A stretch of 63,990 nt of DNA, counting the filler, from an uncultured Acidimicrobiia bacterium (GTDB lineage: Bacteria > Actinomycetota > Acidimicrobiia > Spongiisociales > JAOTWH01), in assembly GCA_964347285.1 (NCBI GenBank). It is 3 parts of 3 records of this genome, joined end to end, with 100 filler letters (N's around TTAATTAATTAA, not from the genome) between each part and the next. Parts side by side here need not be neighbours in the genome. Positions count along the whole stretch, not along the records: positions 54,051 to 63,990 come from CAYFYE010000090.1; 2 more parts are not named here. One strand, written 5' to 3'. Below the pieces are notes generated by a model. That model saw nothing but the letters and a program-made list of their open reading frames with translations. It searched no databases and was not told the DNA's origin. The position numbers and the translations under genes were made by a program. Positions 60,021 to 63,990 of this stretch are shown here, piece after piece (positions within the stretch are counted from its first letter, which is position 1; each line of letters starts with the position of its first letter).

Positions 60021-61214
60021 ATGTTCGAGCCGAAGACGACAGCCGTCGTCAACATCGGGACGCTGCTCACCGGTGCCCTGGCCTCGCCGATTTCCGAAGC
60101 CGAGTCGCTGCTCATCGACGGCGGCCGGTTGGCGAAGATCGGCGGGGTGACGCCGAGCGATGCCGAGCGGGTGATCGACGTCGGCGGCGCGACCGTGGGC
60201 CCCGGCCTCATCGATTCCCACTGCCACGTGGTGATGGGCGATTTCACCCCGCGCCAGAACGCGGTCGGGTTCTTGTCGTCCTACGTGCACGGAGGGATCT
60301 GTCAGGTCATATCACCGGGCGAGATCCACACGCCGGGACGCCCCCGAGATCGCGACGGAGTCAAGGCGCTCGCGGTGGCGGCCGCCCACTGGTGGGAGAC
60401 GTACCGGCCCAACGGCATGAAAGTCCACGGGGGAGCGGTGGTCCTCGAGCCGGTCCTCACCGACGCGGACTTCACGGAGATCGCGGCGCAGGGCGTGTGG
60501 CTCGCCAAGTTCGGCTTTGGCAACTATGAAGACCCCGCGGACGGATTGCCCCAGGTCCGAGGCGCCCAGGCAGCGGGAATCAAGGTGATGTGCCACTCCG
60601 GCGGTGCCTCGATTCCCGGGTCGAAGCCGATCAGCGTCGAGCATCTGCTGTTGCTGCGCCCCGACGTGTGTGGCCATGTCAACGGGGGCCCGACCTCGCT
60701 CGACGACGACGGATTGATCACCCTGGTCACCGAGACCGATCTGGTGCTGCAAATCGTCCAGGCGGGCAATCTGCGAAGCGCCATTCACATCACCGAGGCG
60801 GTCCGGGAGCACGGTGCCGAGGATCGGGTAATCATCGGCTCGGATACCCCCACCGGCACCGGTGTGATGCCATTGGCCATCCTCAAGACCATGGCGGAGC
60901 TGAGCTCACTGGCCGGCGTCGAGCCGGAGCTGGCGTGGGCCTGGGCATCGGGGAACATTGCCGATGTGTACGAGCTGGAGTCGGGGAAGATCGAGGTGGG
61001 CCGCCCGGCCGACCTGGTGGTGTGCGACGCGCCGTGGGGGGCTCTCGCCGATGACGCTCGGGGGGCACTGGGGCGCGGCGACATTCCAGGCATCAGCGCC
61101 GTCCTCATCGATGGCGAGGTGAAAGCGCTGCGCAGCCGTAACACCCCGGCGGCGGCTCGGTCGGTCACGGTGACACCGGAGATCCCGACGCCTCCGGGCT
61201 CGGGGCACGTGTAG
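60021..61214 (+). CDS. Enamidase-like amidohydrolase
   Basis: PGLIDSHCH..GDFTPRQN, SPGEIHTPGRP, HSGGASIPGS, GHVNGGPT, SDTPTGTG. Confidence 0.8.
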   Translation: MFEPKTTAVVNIGTLLTGALASPISEAESLLIDGGRLAKIGGVTPSDAERVIDVGGATVGPGLIDSHCHVVMGDFTPRQNAVGFLSSYVHGGICQVISPGEIHTPGRPRDRDGVKALAVAAAHWWETYRPNGMKVHGGAVVLEPVLTDADFTEIAAQGVWLAKFGFGNYEDPADGLPQVRGAQAAGIKVMCHSGGASIPGSKPISVEHLLLLRPDVCGHVNGGPTSLDDDGLITLVTETDLVLQIVQAGNLRSAIHITEAVREHGAEDRVIIGSDTPTGTGVMPLAILKTMAELSSLAGVEPELAWAWASGNIADVYELESGKIEVGRPADLVVCDAPWGALADDARGALGRGDIPGISAVLIDGEVKALRSRNTPAAARSVTVTPEIPTPPGSGHV

Positions 61215-61240
61215 ATCGAGGACGAACGAGAGGAGCAACT

Positions 61241-61849
61241 GTGAACTCGACTGCAGAAGAGGTTCTGGTTCCGGCCCGGGAGGGACGCGGCGTCCACATC
61301 AAGAAGGGGCAGTTGCTCGACGTGGTGGACGTCGAGGGCCATCAGGTCGGCGACCTCGTCGCCTGGTTTCGCAACGATCCCTCCGAGTACATGTCGCCCA
61401 CGCACACGGTGTCGTGCAACGCCTCGGTGGCCCTGGCGACGGGCTCCCAGGTGTTCTCGAACCACCGCAACCCGGTGTTCACCATCGTGCGCGACGACGT
61501 CGAGAAGCACGACATCGTGGTGCCTTGCTGCGATCAGGAGCGGTACGCCAACGACTACGGGCTGTCCCATCACGGCCACTGCCTCGGCAACCTTGAACAG
61601 GCTCGCCAGCTCCTGGGAGAGGACTACGAGCTCCACGGCGAGATGGCGTGGAACGTGTTCATGCACAACCGCATCCAGCCCGACGGCTCGGTCGTGACTG
61701 ATCGGGCAGCCCACGAGGCGGGAGCCACCATCACGCTCGAGGCCCACGAGGATCTCGTGGTGCTCCTCTCGGCATGTCCCCAGGACCTCACCCCGTGCAA
61801 CGACTTCAACCCAACCTCGATGATGATGCGGGTGAGGGACCCGGAATGA
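61241..61849 (+). CDS. Urea-carboxylase-associated (DUF1989) family protein
   Basis: EGHQVGD, CCD, HCLGN, NVFM, SACPQDLTPCN. Confidence 0.85.
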   Translation: MNSTAEEVLVPAREGRGVHIKKGQLLDVVDVEGHQVGDLVAWFRNDPSEYMSPTHTVSCNASVALATGSQVFSNHRNPVFTIVRDDVEKHDIVVPCCDQERYANDYGLSHHGHCLGNLEQARQLLGEDYELHGEMAWNVFMHNRIQPDGSVVTDRAAHEAGATITLEAHEDLVVLLSACPQDLTPCNDFNPTSMMMRVRDPE

Positions 61850-62868
61850 GCGTGAGTCTTCATCCGGCCGATCGGCTCGAAGCGTCGCAGCGCAAGATCC
61901 GCGCCCCTTTCGAACTCGATCCCACCTTGTGCATCTACTCGCCGCAGGCAAACCTGGACGCGCTCGACCACCCGAAGGTGAAGGCGTGGCTCGAGTTCCT
62001 CGAACACGACTGGGAGCCGAGCGATAGCGGCCGCCGGGTTGCGCTCATCCTTCCATGCACAAAGTACAAGCCGTACAACACCAGCCGGGAGCACCGGGCC
62101 ATCAACGGGGCGCTCCTGGCGGCGGGATGGGAGCCGGAGGGCGTCTACCCGGTCCCGGCTCCCTTGCTGGAGGTCCTCGATGCCGACGAGGACCCGACGT
62201 TGCTCCACATCGGCCCGTTGACCAAGGGTGGGGTGGCGCTCGATCGAATCGTGATCTCCGAGCCACTGGCGTTGGTTCCGTATCCGTACATCTTCGAGTG
62301 GCGGGGGGAGCAGAGCCCGGCCACCAGCTACGACGATCCCGGGCTGTTCGAGGCTCGGGGAACGTCGGTATCGCCGGAGCGAGCCGACTGCTCGGCGGTC
62401 GAACTCGGTAACGGCAAATGGCGCTGGGGTCCCAACGAACGCGCTGCCTACGTGGAGATGCACAACCGCCTCGTCGACGTCATTGCCAACACACTTCGGC
62501 GGGTGGGTGACCGCTACGCGGCGATCGGCGCATGGGTGTCGCCCGGGCTCACCCATCGATCGTTCCTTGCCGACGCCGCGCTGCGGATCGGGGAGGGCCT
62601 GCCGGTGACCAGGCGCGGTCCCGACGGCCCGATGAAACTGCGGGGCGCTCTCGATCAGTTACCGGGAGCCGTCACGGTGATGCCGACGATGGGACAGCTC
62701 GACCGGGTCAAGGCCGCACTGACGAAGCGTCTCGCCGGGGAGGGCCGATCGAGCACCCCGGGAGCGGTGAGGGCCGTCTACGCGCGGGGCGATGGGAACG
62801 ACACCCCGCTCGGCCTGCCCGAAGCGCTGGGGCACCTCACCGATTGGCTGGACGCTGTGGTCCTATAG
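61846..62868 (+). CDS. DUF5591/ArcS-like domain protein
   Basis: LILPCTKYKPYNTSREH and VISEPLALVP resemble the LPC..KPY..S..H / SEPLG.VP motifs; ATGA overlap with the upstream gene. Confidence 0.55.
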   Translation: MSVSLHPADRLEASQRKIRAPFELDPTLCIYSPQANLDALDHPKVKAWLEFLEHDWEPSDSGRRVALILPCTKYKPYNTSREHRAINGALLAAGWEPEGVYPVPAPLLEVLDADEDPTLLHIGPLTKGGVALDRIVISEPLALVPYPYIFEWRGEQSPATSYDDPGLFEARGTSVSPERADCSAVELGNGKWRWGPNERAAYVEMHNRLVDVIANTLRRVGDRYAAIGAWVSPGLTHRSFLADAALRIGEGLPVTRRGPDGPMKLRGALDQLPGAVTVMPTMGQLDRVKAALTKRLAGEGRSSTPGAVRAVYARGDGNDTPLGLPEALGHLTDWLDAVVL

Positions 62869-62878
62869 GACGAGCCGC

Positions 62879-63910
62879 CTACACCGCGGCGGCGAACGCG
62901 GTCAGCACCGCGGGCACATCGCGTTCGAGGACGCCGGGCTCGTAGCCGCCCTCCTGGACGAAGACCGTGGGAAGCCCGAGCCCGGCCAGAGCCGCTCCCA
63001 GCCGCGGGTAATCATCTCGCTCGAGGGCGAGGACTCCATGATCGACGTGGGTGTCGACCCCCAAGGCCACCACGAGGGTATCGGCGCCGTACCGGTGGGC
63101 CGTCGCGACCGCAGCCTCGAGTGCTTCCGAATAAGCCGGCCAGGTGGTCCCGGTCGGGAGCGGAAAGTTGCGATTGGCCCCGTCTCCTTCCCCGGCGCCG
63201 ACCTCGTCGACGTGCCCCAGGAAGAACGGGAAATGCTCGTTGGGATCACCGTGGATCGAAACCGTCAGCACGTCGCCGCGATCCCAGAACACGGTCTGGG
63301 TCCCGTTGCCATGGTGGGTGTCCACGTCGATGATCGCCACCCGCCGTCCGGCGAGCGTCAGCCGGCTGGCGGCGATGGCGCCGTTGTTGAGGAAGCAGTA
63401 GCCGCCGTACACCTCGGGAGCGGCGTGATGTCCCGGGGGCCGGCACAGGGCGTACGCGGCGGGCGCGCCGCCGATGACCGCTTCGGCGGCGGCCGCGGCG
63501 CACGAGGCCGCAGATCGCGCTGCCACCCAGGTTCCGGCCAGGATCGGATCGACGTCGTTGGAGAAACGGCCCATCTCGGCGAGGACGCTCACCGGCTCGC
63601 TCCACGGCGTGTTCGGCAGCGGCCGGATGTAGGCGACGGCCTCGGCGTCCTCCGGGCTCCCGGTGACCTCACGCCAACGGGCGTGGGCATGCTCCAGGAA
63701 AGCGAGGTATCGCTCGGTGTGAACCGTGAGCAGGAGCTCCCGGTCGACCGGGGGAGGCCGGCGCAGCTCGAAACCTCCCACTGCTCCGAGGCCTCTCAGA
63801 ATGCGCTCAGCGCGTTCGGCCACCTCGGCCGGTGGCAGCATCTTTCCGCCGAAGCGGTGGAGTTCCACCGGATCGTGCCGGCGGTGGGACGGGTCGGTGT
63901 AGACGATCAT
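62879..63910 (-). CDS. Histone-deacetylase family / acetylpolyamine amidohydrolase-like
   Basis: RPPGHHA, GYCFLNN, DVDTHHGNG, QEGGY. Confidence 0.9.
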   Translation of the reverse strand: MIVYTDPSHRRHDPVELHRFGGKMLPPAEVAERAERILRGLGAVGGFELRRPPPVDRELLLTVHTERYLAFLEHAHARWREVTGSPEDAEAVAYIRPLPNTPWSEPVSVLAEMGRFSNDVDPILAGTWVAARSAASCAAAAAEAVIGGAPAAYALCRPPGHHAAPEVYGGYCFLNNGAIAASRLTLAGRRVAIIDVDTHHGNGTQTVFWDRGDVLTVSIHGDPNEHFPFFLGHVDEVGAGEGDGANRNFPLPTGTTWPAYSEALEAAVATAHRYGADTLVVALGVDTHVDHGVLALERDDYPRLGAALAGLGLPTVFVQEGGYEPGVLERDVPAVLTAFAAAV

Positions 63911-63990
63911 CCACGACTCCTCTCGTCAAGCGGACTGCGGGCTCGGTTTGGGGGCATGACCGCCTTTGTGGGTGGCAGGTTTCCCGAAGG

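Overview
High-GC bacterial draft-genome window, most consistent with an Acidimicrobiia-like actinobacterium (inferred from gene content and synteny). It is three contigs joined by artificial N44-TTAATTAATTAA-N44 linkers (26983-27082, 53951-54050), plus one 100-N scaffold gap (23124-23223). Most of it is core housekeeping: cdd-ftsY-smc-acyP-mutM-rnc-plsX-rpmF-yceD-coaD-rsmD-recG, rpmB, ddl, fabI, gdhA; frr-pyrH-tsf-rpsB-whiG-xerC, dprA-comM, yraN, lepB-rplS-trmD, cofH-cofG, rimM-khpA-rpsP-ffh. The third contig carries an amidohydrolase-rich N-heterocycle catabolic cluster. The most striking unexplained structure is the apparent intergenic region 22410-23738. It holds two tandem, paralogous, highly structured minus-strand candidate non-coding RNAs (~350 nt and ~215 nt). 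Each has its own TTGACG-N17-TAnnnT promoter, terminator-like 3' hairpin and identically positioned upstream CGCGAAA(A) boxes. Nearly every hairpin is capped by a GNRA or cUUCGg tetraloop, and differences between the copies preserve base pairing. They sit head-to-head with a Cas4/RecB-like nuclease gene that has a PafBC-type promoter. Other items of note: a CofH carrying a decayed CofG half next to an intact standalone CofG, an ArcS/DUF5591-like protein inside the catabolic operon, a Cys-less TusA-DsrE fusion, an unannotated 36-aa membrane peptide and pervasive leaderless genes. All family calls come from motif recognition by eye; no database search or folding program was run.
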